IMG/VR virus record: IMGVR_UViG_3300025012_000026
Coordinates: 1 to 64,000 of that record
Direction: 5' to 3' (one strand)
DNA length: 64,000 bases
Within the stretch, counting starts at the first letter, position 1. Each line of letters opens with the position of its first letter. The position numbers and the translations under genes are program-made. The notes below the pieces were generated by a model that made no database searches, was not told the origin of the DNA, and saw only the letters and a list, made by a program, of their open reading frames with translations. Shown here piece by piece: positions 31,364-41,284 of this stretch.

Positions 31364-31461
31364 CCGAAGTTACAAGATACGATATTTCCTACGGAAACAA
31401 GGTTCTAATTGAGCTAATTCCGGCGATGGGATATATATATGATGCTGCTCTAGCTGAGTAA
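31364..31461 (+). CDS. major capsid protein, exon 2
   Basis: (A)EVTRYDISYGNKVLIELIPAMGYIYDAALAE* continues the capsid C-terminus. Confidence 0.75.
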
Positions 31462-31596
31462 ATATCAAACTAATTTTATAAGAGATAGGTATTAATTATA
31501 ATCGCGAGTTTAATTAATTACTGACAAGAGTGGTTTTCCTAAGCCACTCTTCTTTTATTTATAAAAAAATTAGGTATTCGATAGGAGGGATTAAAT

Positions 31597-32929
31597 GTGG
31601 GCAAGAAACTAAATATTGATCAGTTTAAACAATGGATGTTAGAAAATTCTGTTGATATAAAATGTATTAGTAACTATGGTGTTGATGATAAAATTGATAG
31701 TAAAACAGAACTATTATTCCAATGCAATAGAAATCATACATTCTCAAAAACAATAACTAATTTCAAAAAGAATCCTAGGTGTCCTCATTGCACTGGAAAG
31801 TGTAAATATACATTTGAAGATGCTAAAAGGATAGTCGAAGCAGTAGAAGGTTATTTATTAATATCGACTGAATATGTCAGATGTAAAGATTATTTAATTA
31901 TTCAATGTGATAAAGGTCATCCCTTCCCAATGACATTTACAGCTTTTAATGTCGGAGGACACAGGTGTCCTATTTGTAACACAGGAGGGAAATATAAGTA
32001 TGATTTAGAAATTGCAAAAGAAATTTTTAAATTAGAAAAGTGCGAACTGTTAGTAGACGAATATATAGATTGCGATACATACATACATGCCTTATATGTG
32101 TTCATGTGGTAATCCAAGCAAAATTTCTTTAATAGAATTTATCAGAGGTCATAGATGCAAAATTTGTGGTAATAAGAAAACTGGTGACGGTTTAAGAACG
32201 CCATACATAGAAACATATAATTATTTTAAAGATAATGGTTGTGAATTATTATCCACAGAAGACGAAATACAGAATAATAAAACAAAAGTAAGATATATTT
32301 GTTCTTGTGGAAACCCAGATGAAGTATTGGTTGAAAAGTTTAAAGTTGGCGAAAGATGCAACAACTGTAAACAAGAAAGAACTGAGGCAACATTTTTAGA
32401 CAGATATGGTTTCAAGTATGCATTATCAAGTCCAGAAATAAGAGAAAAAATTAGACAAACTCTTTATAAAAATGGATCAGCACCATGTAGTAAACAACAG
32501 GAATATATACACAATCTAATTGGTGGAGAACTTAATTATCCTGTAAAAACATCTTCTTTGGACATTGCTTTCCTAGAAGAAATGATTTATTTAGAGTACG
32601 ATGGCGGTGGACATAAGAATAGTATTTTGTATGGCACTGTTACAGAAGCAGAGTTTATAAAAAGAGAAAGAAATAGAACTTATGGGCTACTACGTTCTGG
32701 TTGGAAAGAAATTAGAATCATTAGTGAAAAAGATGACCTAATCCCATCAGACCAAAAGCTTCTAGAAATCCTATCCTACGCACGTAAATATCTAAATCAA
32801 AATCATCATTACATAAAATTTGACATTGACAATTCAAAAATAATTAATTCTCAAGGTGAATTTGACTATGATTTTGGCGAACTAAGAAAAATCAAACCAA
32901 CAGATATTCAAATCCAAGAAGCAATATAA
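31597..32929 (+). pseudogene. zinc-finger/Vsr-like (EDxHD-type) homing endonuclease, frameshifted
   Basis: Two overlapping ORFs 31597-32112 and 32087-32929; removing one ATAC unit of (ATAC)3 at 32075-32086 fuses them; C-terminal LDIAF...LEYDGGGH. Confidence 0.75.
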
Positions 32930-32978
32930 AAAAACATCTAAAAAATAATAAAGGGTAAAATGGAGGGAATAAATAATT

Positions 32979-33467
32979 ATGGCAATTGATATGAACAGTC
33001 GTTCAAAGGTACAAAACTTATGTGATTGGAATGTCTCATGGGAGAGGTTTTCCATGGACGGAGACGAATTCATAAAAGCAAATCAGACAGTGTATATTCC
33101 AAATATGGAGATTGAAACACAAGTACAGAATAATAATCTTTTCTTTTCTGGTACGGACAATATTGGGTCACATGCGAGAGTTTATATTCACAATCCAGAA
33201 ATGAGAGAACATCTTGGCTTTGATAATAAAGAAGAAAAGCGAACTCAACTAATTCTAAGTGATGAAAAATGCAAAGAAATATTTGATTATAAAACATTTA
33301 GCACTTTTAAAAAGCATGTAACTGAAAATATCATTACAAATCAAGAAAAATCAAAAATAGTTAATTACGCTAAGAAAATGAAGATAAATGATTATGACAA
33401 GATTCAGTATTTAACCGAGTACACAGGTTTATCATTTAAAACTGATAAAATAGATGATAAAGAATAA
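32979..33467 (+). CDS. conserved virion-region protein (YonA-like position)
   Basis: GGAGG RBS; follows the capsid gene. Confidence 0.65.
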   Translation: MAIDMNSRSKVQNLCDWNVSWERFSMDGDEFIKANQTVYIPNMEIETQVQNNNLFFSGTDNIGSHARVYIHNPEMREHLGFDNKEEKRTQLILSDEKCKEIFDYKTFSTFKKHVTENIITNQEKSKIVNYAKKMKINDYDKIQYLTEYTGLSFKTDKIDDKE

Positions 33468-33495
33468 CCGAATCAAAGAAAAGAGGTGATAGATT

Positions 33496-34179
33496 TTGGG
33501 AACTTTACTCCAAAAAATATATGATAAATTTTTCATAAAAGTATCAGATATAGATTTTACTTACAAACAAGATTTAGTTTTTGAGTTTTTTGAAACTGCC
33601 ATAGGGTATAGTTACAAAACTACACCACATGATTTGAGTTATACTTTGTATTCTAATAATGCAGTTTTAATAATTTATGATGCAATAGAAAATAGTGGAG
33701 ATATAACTCTTCAAATTAACTCTGATACATATACAATTGCTTTATTAAATACTGATACAAAATTGCAAATAGCAACAAAAATAAAATCTGCTATTGAAGT
33801 AAATTATACAGTAGTATTAGATGATATCGAAAATCCAATGTTAACAATCACTAAACCACTTACAGATAATATTACATTAACATTTATTGATACAGATAAT
33901 ACTAATTTAAATCTAATCATAAGTAAAACATATGATGGTATAACAATTTATGATTTAGATATAGATGAAATTGAATTAATTTCATTAAATATGAAAAAAG
34001 CATATTTAGATTATTTATTAAAACCATTATCTCGTTTAAAAAAGCAAATTGGAACCAAAGATTTTAATCGTTTAGAAAGTAAAGTAGAAGAATTAAAAGT
34101 TTATTCATTAATGTTAAGTAATTTAAAGGAAGAGATTAAGGATTTCAGGCAAGAGTTTAATTCTTATACTAATAGTTAA
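33496..34179 (+). CDS. putative head-tail connector protein
   Basis: GAGGTG RBS with TTG; position in head completion cluster. Confidence 0.55.
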   Translation: MGTLLQKIYDKFFIKVSDIDFTYKQDLVFEFFETAIGYSYKTTPHDLSYTLYSNNAVLIIYDAIENSGDITLQINSDTYTIALLNTDTKLQIATKIKSAIEVNYTVVLDDIENPMLTITKPLTDNITLTFIDTDNTNLNLIISKTYDGITIYDLDIDEIELISLNMKKAYLDYLLKPLSRLKKQIGTKDFNRLESKVEELKVYSLMLSNLKEEIKDFRQEFNSYTNS

Positions 34180-34195
34180 TTAAGTTGGTGAAAAA

Positions 34196-34432
34196 TTGAA
34201 TAATAAAGTTAATAATATCAACAACAGTAGGATTCTAATTAAAACTCCAAACTGCGAAATTACTTTTGACGATTTATGCAAAAAAGAGTATCTAAAAATA
34301 AATAATTTAATGCATATGATTGAGAAACAATTTGATATTTCTTTGCATGATTACCCTGAACTAAGAGGAGAAATCTTAAATATTTCAAACTTCATTAAGA
34401 GAATCCCCTACTTACAGAGGGAGATCATGTAA
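34196..34432 (+). CDS. hypothetical protein
   Basis: GGTG RBS with TTG, 78 aa. Confidence 0.55.
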   Translation: MNNKVNNINNSRILIKTPNCEITFDDLCKKEYLKINNLMHMIEKQFDISLHDYPELRGEILNISNFIKRIPYLQREIM

Positions 34433-34485
34433 TTAAATAATATAAGTCATAATGATAAAAATAAGAAAAAGGAGGAAAGTAAATA

Positions 34486-35412
34486 ATGGGATATAGTGAT
34501 TTTCAATTTAAAACGCCAAACGCAGAAGTTTTCAATTCTATAACCCCTGGGACAGTATTAGCTTCAAAAGCAGTAATAACAGATGCAAACAGTAAAATTA
34601 ATACATTAGATATTACTGCACCTAAGTTTGGTGGAACTGCAATTACTTCATCTGCCGCCGAGTTAAATTTAATCGATACTTCTGTGGCAGGAACAGCAGT
34701 TGCGTCTAAGGCTTTAGTTTTAGGTGCTGATAAAAATGTAGATGTATTAGCAATTGCAGATTTAAAATTGGGTGCAGGCGCAGGTACTTCCGTAACTACA
34801 CAAATTAATTCTTTGATTAATTTTCCTGGAACAATGTCAACATCTGTGATCGACTTCAATACTACAGGTGAACCTGCAATGAAAGTTGTCATAGATGGTG
34901 TAGATTATCAAGAAGCAGATGTAGCTGTAGTAACAAATGGAGTATGGACAAATGGTGCAAGTGCAGCTAATTCTGCTACAAGTTTAGTCGCTGCAATTAA
35001 TGGAGATACGAGAGCTACTGTACCATTTACTGCAACTATATCTGCTGGAGGACATAGCGTAATTTTAACATGGGATGCTGTTGGCACTACTGGTAATAAA
35101 ACTATTACTACAACTAGTGCATCAAATTGTACAGTAGAAAATTCTGTTGGAGGTAGTGCATCTGCAATAAAACAAATGGTTGTTGTAGATCGTGTTGTTA
35201 CTGCTCAAGATATTTTAGCAAATGAAATTAATGTACCTTTGCCTTTTGCCCCAACAAAATTTATTATTCAACATTCTGACACGAATGGCGAAGATAATCC
35301 TACAACATGGAGGGCGACTATTGCAACCGTTCCTAATAGAATAAAGATTACAGGTCAAGGCGCGACAGCATTAATAGCAGGAGATGTCGTACAAATATTA
35401 GCCTTTGAGTAA
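34486..35412 (+). CDS. putative structural protein (head fibre/decoration-like)
   Basis: A/G/T/S-rich; internal repeat GTVLASKAV / GTAVASKAL. Confidence 0.6.
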   Translation: MGYSDFQFKTPNAEVFNSITPGTVLASKAVITDANSKINTLDITAPKFGGTAITSSAAELNLIDTSVAGTAVASKALVLGADKNVDVLAIADLKLGAGAGTSVTTQINSLINFPGTMSTSVIDFNTTGEPAMKVVIDGVDYQEADVAVVTNGVWTNGASAANSATSLVAAINGDTRATVPFTATISAGGHSVILTWDAVGTTGNKTITTTSASNCTVENSVGGSASAIKQMVVVDRVVTAQDILANEINVPLPFAPTKFIIQHSDTNGEDNPTTWRATIATVPNRIKITGQGATALIAGDVVQILAFE

Positions 35413-35461
35413 GAAATAATTAACTATAGCCAATAAAAATAATTAAGAGGAGGAATTTAAA

Positions 35462-35740
35462 ATGGCAACGAATTTTATAGGAAGATCATTAACGGCAAAT
35501 GAGGTTGAACAAAATGTCACATTGGATATGTCTTTTATTAATCTTATTGTAAATGATTCAGTTAATGTAGTAACTTTGTCCTTTGACGTAGCAAGCGCAT
35601 CGGCATCTAACAACTTAATGGTACTAAAAGCAGGAGAATCTAGACAGAATTTAGCAGTACCTTTTAGTAAATTATATTATAAAGCTGCTGCGGATACATC
35701 TTATATTAGGATTGAAGGGTTATCAAAAGCAGAATTTTAA
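35462..35740 (+). CDS. small structural hypothetical protein
   Basis: GGAGG RBS, 92 aa beta-rich. Confidence 0.6.
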   Translation: MATNFIGRSLTANEVEQNVTLDMSFINLIVNDSVNVVTLSFDVASASASNNLMVLKAGESRQNLAVPFSKLYYKAAADTSYIRIEGLSKAEF

Positions 35741-35813
35741 TTTATTGTAATTTGAGTAGAGAATTATATATAATTAATTCTCTACTTTACATTATGGCAA
35801 GGTTGTGATTCCA

Positions 35814-37130
35814 ATTAATGTAAGAAAAGGATGGATAGATAGTTCAAATTATTCTTCTAAAGAAGAAATGGTATCAGACGTAAAAGAAAACTTTGATATT
35901 CGTAGATATTATAGTGCTGAAGGTAAAAGTGTAATAATTAGTGATGTTACAACACAAGTAATAATTCAATCTCATTTAAACCCATTAAATGAAGGAAAAT
36001 ATGATAAGAAAATTCATATCCCAATTGAAACAGTTGTAAATACTGGATCAATTGTAGAATGGGAAGGTAATAAGTGGATTATTATAAGCAATATTGATAA
36101 TTTACAAGCATATAAAACTGCAAGTATGATTAAATCCAACAACACCCTCCAATTCTACGATCAAAATTCAATTTTATATAATATTCCTTGTATTGTTGGT
36201 GAAAAAGTATCACAAAAAACAGAAGAAAACAAATATATCACAACAGTTTCGAATGAAATATATTTAACTATTTCTCATACAGAAATAACCGAACAAATAA
36301 AAGTAAATGATGTATATAAAATCGGTTTACATTCTTACCAAATAGAAAGTTTACCAGACGATGTTTATATCGGTGGGCTTTTAGTTTTTAAACTTAAGTA
36401 TAGCGAAGTATCACAACAATTTCCAACTTACTCTATTCAAATTCTAAATGGCAACAATATCCAAGCAGATAAAAACAACACATTACAATTACAAATTCAA
36501 GTAAATGCAACAGTGAATAACATAACAACAATAGTTTCGCCTACTCCATTGCTCATATTTAACTCTTCTAATGATGGAATCTGTACAGTAGATTCAAATG
36601 GTTTATGTACTTTCCATTTAGAAAGTTCTCCTTCTTGGGATTTGGAAACCATTATTGATGAGGAAATGGTTCTAGATTTAGATAAAACATATGAATTGAC
36701 AGATGATGGTAAATTTTTGTTGAATGATTTGTTTGGTAGTGATGCTATACCGGGAGTTGTGATTAGTGTGAAGTTGGCTTTAGATGAAAGTGTAGTTGGA
36801 TATGTAAATATTGATGTTTATGATGTACCGATGGATAATTATACAGTCAAGGTTAATGGTGAGCAGTCTATTATAAAAAATTACACAGAAAATTACAGTT
36901 GTGTATTTAAAAATAATAGTATTGCTTATTCTGATGTATCAGTATTTTATTTAACTGGTGACGATGGTGTTTCTGTAACATCGCTTGCTCAAATTACAAG
37001 TCAAGATAGTGTTGCTAATACTTGTACAATTAAAGGATTGGGATTGGGATATGTGAAATTGTGGGTTAAGAATGTTGGGGAAACAGTTGTTAGTGATGGA
37101 TTTAGGATTCAGATTGAAAGTTTATTTTAA
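35814..37130 (+). CDS. head-tail adaptor with Ig-like C-terminal domains
   Basis: VNTGSIVEWEG..WII N-terminal domain; SSNDGICTVDSNG Ig-like motif; start GTG 35805 or ATT 35814. Confidence 0.65.
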   Translation: MNVRKGWIDSSNYSSKEEMVSDVKENFDIRRYYSAEGKSVIISDVTTQVIIQSHLNPLNEGKYDKKIHIPIETVVNTGSIVEWEGNKWIIISNIDNLQAYKTASMIKSNNTLQFYDQNSILYNIPCIVGEKVSQKTEENKYITTVSNEIYLTISHTEITEQIKVNDVYKIGLHSYQIESLPDDVYIGGLLVFKLKYSEVSQQFPTYSIQILNGNNIQADKNNTLQLQIQVNATVNNITTIVSPTPLLIFNSSNDGICTVDSNGLCTFHLESSPSWDLETIIDEEMVLDLDKTYELTDDGKFLLNDLFGSDAIPGVVISVKLALDESVVGYVNIDVYDVPMDNYTVKVNGEQSIIKNYTENYSCVFKNNSIAYSDVSVFYLTGDDGVSVTSLAQITSQDSVANTCTIKGLGLGYVKLWVKNVGETVVSDGFRIQIESLF

Positions 37131-37144
37131 GGTGGTGATAAAGA

Positions 37145-37666
37145 ATGTCAATCAATAATGAATTAATTAAATTAGATGGTATTCAAAAATTATTATCTAA
37201 TATTGGAAATAAAATAATTGAAAATAAAACTCTTATGAGATGTTTGCAGTATGATTCGGCAGATGCTTTATCATTACCCGAAGTAACAATGTCTCAGATT
37301 AAAAATCTAGTTGGTAAAGGGACTGACCCAAATAATGAACAAAAAATTTTCAAAATGCCGTTCTATGATAATGTTGTATCTGATCCTCGTACAGAGATTA
37401 GATTTTTTATTCCTATATTTGAACCAAATAATATATATCTAACAAGTGTAGATATATGTTTTCAGATTGTAATTCATAATGCTAAATGGGATTTAGATGA
37501 AAATTATATTAAACCATTAGTTATGGTTAATGAAATACTAAAAGATTTTAATGGGCAAGACTTAGGTGGTATAGGTGTTTTACAATTGACGTCATCAATT
37601 AAGGTTGCTAATTGGAATTCGAGTTTTTCTGGATATTTCTTTTATTTGAGTACGAGGTCTGTGTAA
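37145..37666 (+). CDS. tail completion protein (putative)
   Basis: Position before the tail tube gene; 173 aa. Confidence 0.55.
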   Translation: MSINNELIKLDGIQKLLSNIGNKIIENKTLMRCLQYDSADALSLPEVTMSQIKNLVGKGTDPNNEQKIFKMPFYDNVVSDPRTEIRFFIPIFEPNNIYLTSVDICFQIVIHNAKWDLDENYIKPLVMVNEILKDFNGQDLGGIGVLQLTSSIKVANWNSSFSGYFFYLSTRSV

Positions 37667-37669
37667 AAT

Positions 37670-38608
37670 ATGGATATATCACAATATGATCAATATTTTA
37701 TATATGATGAGCCTGTACAATATATATCTCAAAAATCTTCAAAGCGAAGATTAGAGATTGAAGCAGAAATTAATAATATTGAATTAGACGAAATAAGTGA
37801 TGAAGCAAAGATAAAAATATCTAAACTTAAGGATGAATATGAAAATTTAACATTATTAATATATCCAATTAGAATGTCAAAATATCTTAATTTTCATATG
37901 TTAGCAAATTGCTTATTAATAGAAAAGAATAAAATACCAGACCCAAAAGTAATTAGTATGAGTTACTTGGATTTTCTGTTTTATTTAATTGAAAATGATC
38001 AAAATGGTAATATTTATGCTCAGATGCTAACTGGAATTTTTAGTCTATGTTTAGGTATCGAAAGTAATAATATTCGATATATAAAGGACGAACAAGGAAA
38101 AATAAATCTTAATCTAAATATTAAATATATATGTAGAAAAAATGAAGAAGAAGTAACCAGATATAGGGAAGAGATACTTGATAAAACAGATTTTGACAAT
38201 ATAAAAAATATAATTATTTATCAAAATATACCTGACTATGATGACACTTATATTGATCCTAAAATGGAAAAAGCATTAAAAGAAGCTCAAGAATTTATAA
38301 ATAAAAACAAAAAGAAAATGGCTTCTTTGGAAGATCAACTTATTTGTGTTTTAATAAGCACTTCTTTAAGTATGGAAGATATTTATAATTTAACAATTAG
38401 AAAATTTTCTAAGATACTTCAAAGAGTTGATTATAAATTACATTATGAAATTTATAAAACTGCTTCTATGAGTGGTTTTGTAAAATTTGAACAAGAAGTT
38501 GATCATTGGATGAGTGATTTATCTGTTGATGATAAATACGCTGATGTAAAGGTTGATTTTGAAGAGTTCAAAAATAAAGTTAATGGTAAAGGTAATGTCA
38601 AAAAGTAA
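37670..38608 (+). CDS. conserved tail-region protein
   Basis: 312 aa; SLEDQLICV...IYNLTIRKF pattern. Confidence 0.6.
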   Translation: MDISQYDQYFIYDEPVQYISQKSSKRRLEIEAEINNIELDEISDEAKIKISKLKDEYENLTLLIYPIRMSKYLNFHMLANCLLIEKNKIPDPKVISMSYLDFLFYLIENDQNGNIYAQMLTGIFSLCLGIESNNIRYIKDEQGKINLNLNIKYICRKNEEEVTRYREEILDKTDFDNIKNIIIYQNIPDYDDTYIDPKMEKALKEAQEFINKNKKKMASLEDQLICVLISTSLSMEDIYNLTIRKFSKILQRVDYKLHYEIYKTASMSGFVKFEQEVDHWMSDLSVDDKYADVKVDFEEFKNKVNGKGNVKK

Positions 38609-38635
38609 TTTGTATTATAAAGGAGGAGATATAAC

Positions 38636-39694
38636 ATGGCAAAGAAATTTCTCGTTGGAGTTGGTTCTGTAACGGCTTTCAATATTTCAACAGGAGACAT
38701 TTTATTCCGCAGTCGTACAATTTTGGACGACTCAATTGATATTACAACCGCAAGTGAAGAAATCTCGGCGGGGCAAGGTAATGCACTTCAGTACATTTAT
38801 TATCATAGCGGAAGGTTTAGTGCAAAACTTACAGAAACACAATTTTCTCTCAATATGATTGGGCAAAACGTTGGTTCTTCAATTCTTACTGGTAAAAATG
38901 TTTGGACAGAAGAAAACGTTACTTTAGGAGTAGGTGGGACAGGAACAGTAGTAGGAACACCTATTTTAACACCAGATGTTAGTGGGGCAGATGTTTTTGG
39001 TTATGTCACAAATGCAGCAGGAGTTACAACTAAAATTACATTTAGTACCAAAGATTTTACTTTAGTTGGTGGAGCAGAAAATGATATCGTATGTGTTCAA
39101 TATTTTACTTTAGATTCTGCTGCCAGATATGTTACGGTTAATTCAAACTTCTTACCTTCAGTTGTTAGATTAGTAATTGATACACAATTAGCAAGTTCTG
39201 ATGAATCTAGTGCTGCGGGATCTAGTATTATTGGTAAAGTCCAGGTCGAGGTTCCAAGATTCCAGATCGCAGGAAGTCAATCAATTTCAATGACTGCATC
39301 CGGCGTGGCGCAAACACCATTAGAGGGAATGGCTTTAAGTTTTGCAGGAACTGGTGGTTGTAATGGTTCTGGATATTATGCAACTATCGCGGAGGTAATT
39401 GATGCTAATAATTGGTATGATAATGTAGGATTTTTGGCTATAGCAGATGATACTGTTGCTTTAACTCATCCATCAACTTCAACTTTGACAGTATGGGCAG
39501 TTCCTACAAATGGAGATGCGGCATTTAAAGCTCCAGCAGCAGATTTAAGTTTTACTAGTGGAACAGTTGGAACTTGTACCGTAGGTTTGCATACAGGTAT
39601 TATAACCACAGTCGCTGGTGGAACATCTGTCATTACTTGTGTAATTACAAGTAAGAATACTGTTGGTACAACTGCCACTGTAACTGTAAGTTAA
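38636..39694 (+). CDS. major tail (tube) protein with C-terminal Ig-like domain
   Basis: Strong AAGGAGG RBS; G/T/V-rich; C-terminal GTCTVG...TITCV...TVTVS. Confidence 0.75.
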   Translation: MAKKFLVGVGSVTAFNISTGDILFRSRTILDDSIDITTASEEISAGQGNALQYIYYHSGRFSAKLTETQFSLNMIGQNVGSSILTGKNVWTEENVTLGVGGTGTVVGTPILTPDVSGADVFGYVTNAAGVTTKITFSTKDFTLVGGAENDIVCVQYFTLDSAARYVTVNSNFLPSVVRLVIDTQLASSDESSAAGSSIIGKVQVEVPRFQIAGSQSISMTASGVAQTPLEGMALSFAGTGGCNGSGYYATIAEVIDANNWYDNVGFLAIADDTVALTHPSTSTLTVWAVPTNGDAAFKAPAADLSFTSGTVGTCTVGLHTGIITTVAGGTSVITCVITSKNTVGTTATVTVS

Positions 39695-39716
39695 TTTTTA
39701 ACTAAGGATTTATTTT

Positions 39717-39905
39717 ATGAGTATGAAATTATGTCAAAAAGGAATTCTTTTTCAAAATAGTTTAGAAGCATCTTTTAAATGTTCTATGGATAATTTACCA
39801 TGCTGTTTTGTAAGATTTTGCGTACAAGATAGATGCTTTAAAATGCTCAGTAGTTATATAAGATGTAAAAACAATCAAGAGGTGATTTCATGCCAAAAAG
39901 AGTAA
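39717..39905 (+). CDS. small Cys-rich hypothetical protein
   Basis: 62 aa ORF directly after the tail tube gene. Confidence 0.4.
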   Translation: MSMKLCQKGILFQNSLEASFKCSMDNLPCCFVRFCVQDRCFKMLSSYIRCKNNQEVISCQKE

Positions 39906-40183
39906 AAAATGAAGATAAAATTGAAGATACTGACAAAAATGATATAGAAATCATTAATATTGAGAAAGTAAAAGATGAAAAAGTTGTTCTTAAATTAAGA
40001 GAAGAAATTTGTAAAGTAGTATGGGTAAAATATAATTTTTTTGGGGTTGACTTTAAGGGATATGGAATTACTTTCAGTCTCGATGATGGATATTTAGTAG
40101 ATAATATTAAAGATAATATTAAAATCAAATATGAATCTGAAATTGGGAAAGAGGATTTTAAAGCATATCCTATGTTTAAATAA
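39890..40183 (+). CDS. hypothetical protein
   Basis: GAGGTG RBS, 97 aa. Confidence 0.6.
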   Translation: MPKRVKNEDKIEDTDKNDIEIINIEKVKDEKVVLKLREEICKVVWVKYNFFGVDFKGYGITFSLDDGYLVDNIKDNIKIKYESEIGKEDFKAYPMFK

Positions 40184-40397
40184 AAATAAGGAGAAGTAGC
40201 AGAAGAAATAAAACGCTTCTCTCTTCTCCTTATTTTTTTACTATTTCCACCAAATTATATATCTCCAATAAATCACTGATTTTATACTAAATATCAATAT
40301 TTATGTCTTATAAAGTCATTGATATAAAAGGGTTTTATAAACCATAAAAACAATTATCAACTAAAACAAACAATAAAGAAAGGAAGTGCTCCATACA

Positions 40398-41282
40398 ATG
40401 GCAAATGAATCAGGCAACATGGAACAAATACTTGGAACCTCAAACCTCAACAATGAAACACGCTTCATAAAAACAGATGATAATGGAATTCTCCAAACTT
40501 CTACAATGTCCAATGGAGACACTCCTATGATTCTAGTAGACACAACTAGAGCTCCATCAATAGGAACAATTCTCCTTGCAAATGCAACATATACATCACC
40601 TGTTGTTGATAGACCAGAACAAGATATACCTGATGGGTATATGCGGATTTGGATACTAACAGATCAAAGTGGAAATCTTTATTTAGAAGAATCTCACAAT
40701 GAAACAAGCTGGACAACTACATCATCTGCGGTTGTTTCGGCAGGAGTCTCAAATATATTAGCATGGACAAAATTAAGTAGAAGATATTATAGATGCAGAT
40801 ATGTAAATGGTGCTACACCACAAACAAGTTTTATTATGATTCATTATACAAAAGGTGTTAATATTGATCCAGTCATGATAGCAGATGGTGATATTGCTAC
40901 ATTAGGGGTAAAAGCTGATACTGCTAATATTGATCCAACAGCAAGTTCTTCAGTTAATGCTAATCTAAAAGGAATAATGAAATACATTGTAGGAAATCTA
41001 ATCAATAATCAAACAAATAAAGCAGTAACAGCAAGCACTAATATATTAGCATCAAATTATGTCGCATTAAATTATCAACAATCTACATTAATGGTTTCTA
41101 CAAGTGCTACAGGAATTTTATCTCTAGCTGTAGACGGTGTTCTTAGTAGTTTAAATAGTGGAGTTGCGCTTGATATAAATAAATGGTATGCATTTGATGT
41201 TCTTTTATTGACTGGTTCAACTTATAATCTTCAATTATCTGTTGATGCAACTATGCAAGTAAAATGGGTTGGAGGTGCATAA
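40398..41282 (+). CDS. putative structural/tail accessory protein
   Basis: AAAGGAAG RBS then ATG 40398; beta-rich. Confidence 0.6.
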   Translation: MANESGNMEQILGTSNLNNETRFIKTDDNGILQTSTMSNGDTPMILVDTTRAPSIGTILLANATYTSPVVDRPEQDIPDGYMRIWILTDQSGNLYLEESHNETSWTTTSSAVVSAGVSNILAWTKLSRRYYRCRYVNGATPQTSFIMIHYTKGVNIDPVMIADGDIATLGVKADTANIDPTASSSVNANLKGIMKYIVGNLINNQTNKAVTASTNILASNYVALNYQQSTLMVSTSATGILSLAVDGVLSSLNSGVALDINKWYAFDVLLLTGSTYNLQLSVDATMQVKWVGGA

Positions 41283-41284
41283 AA

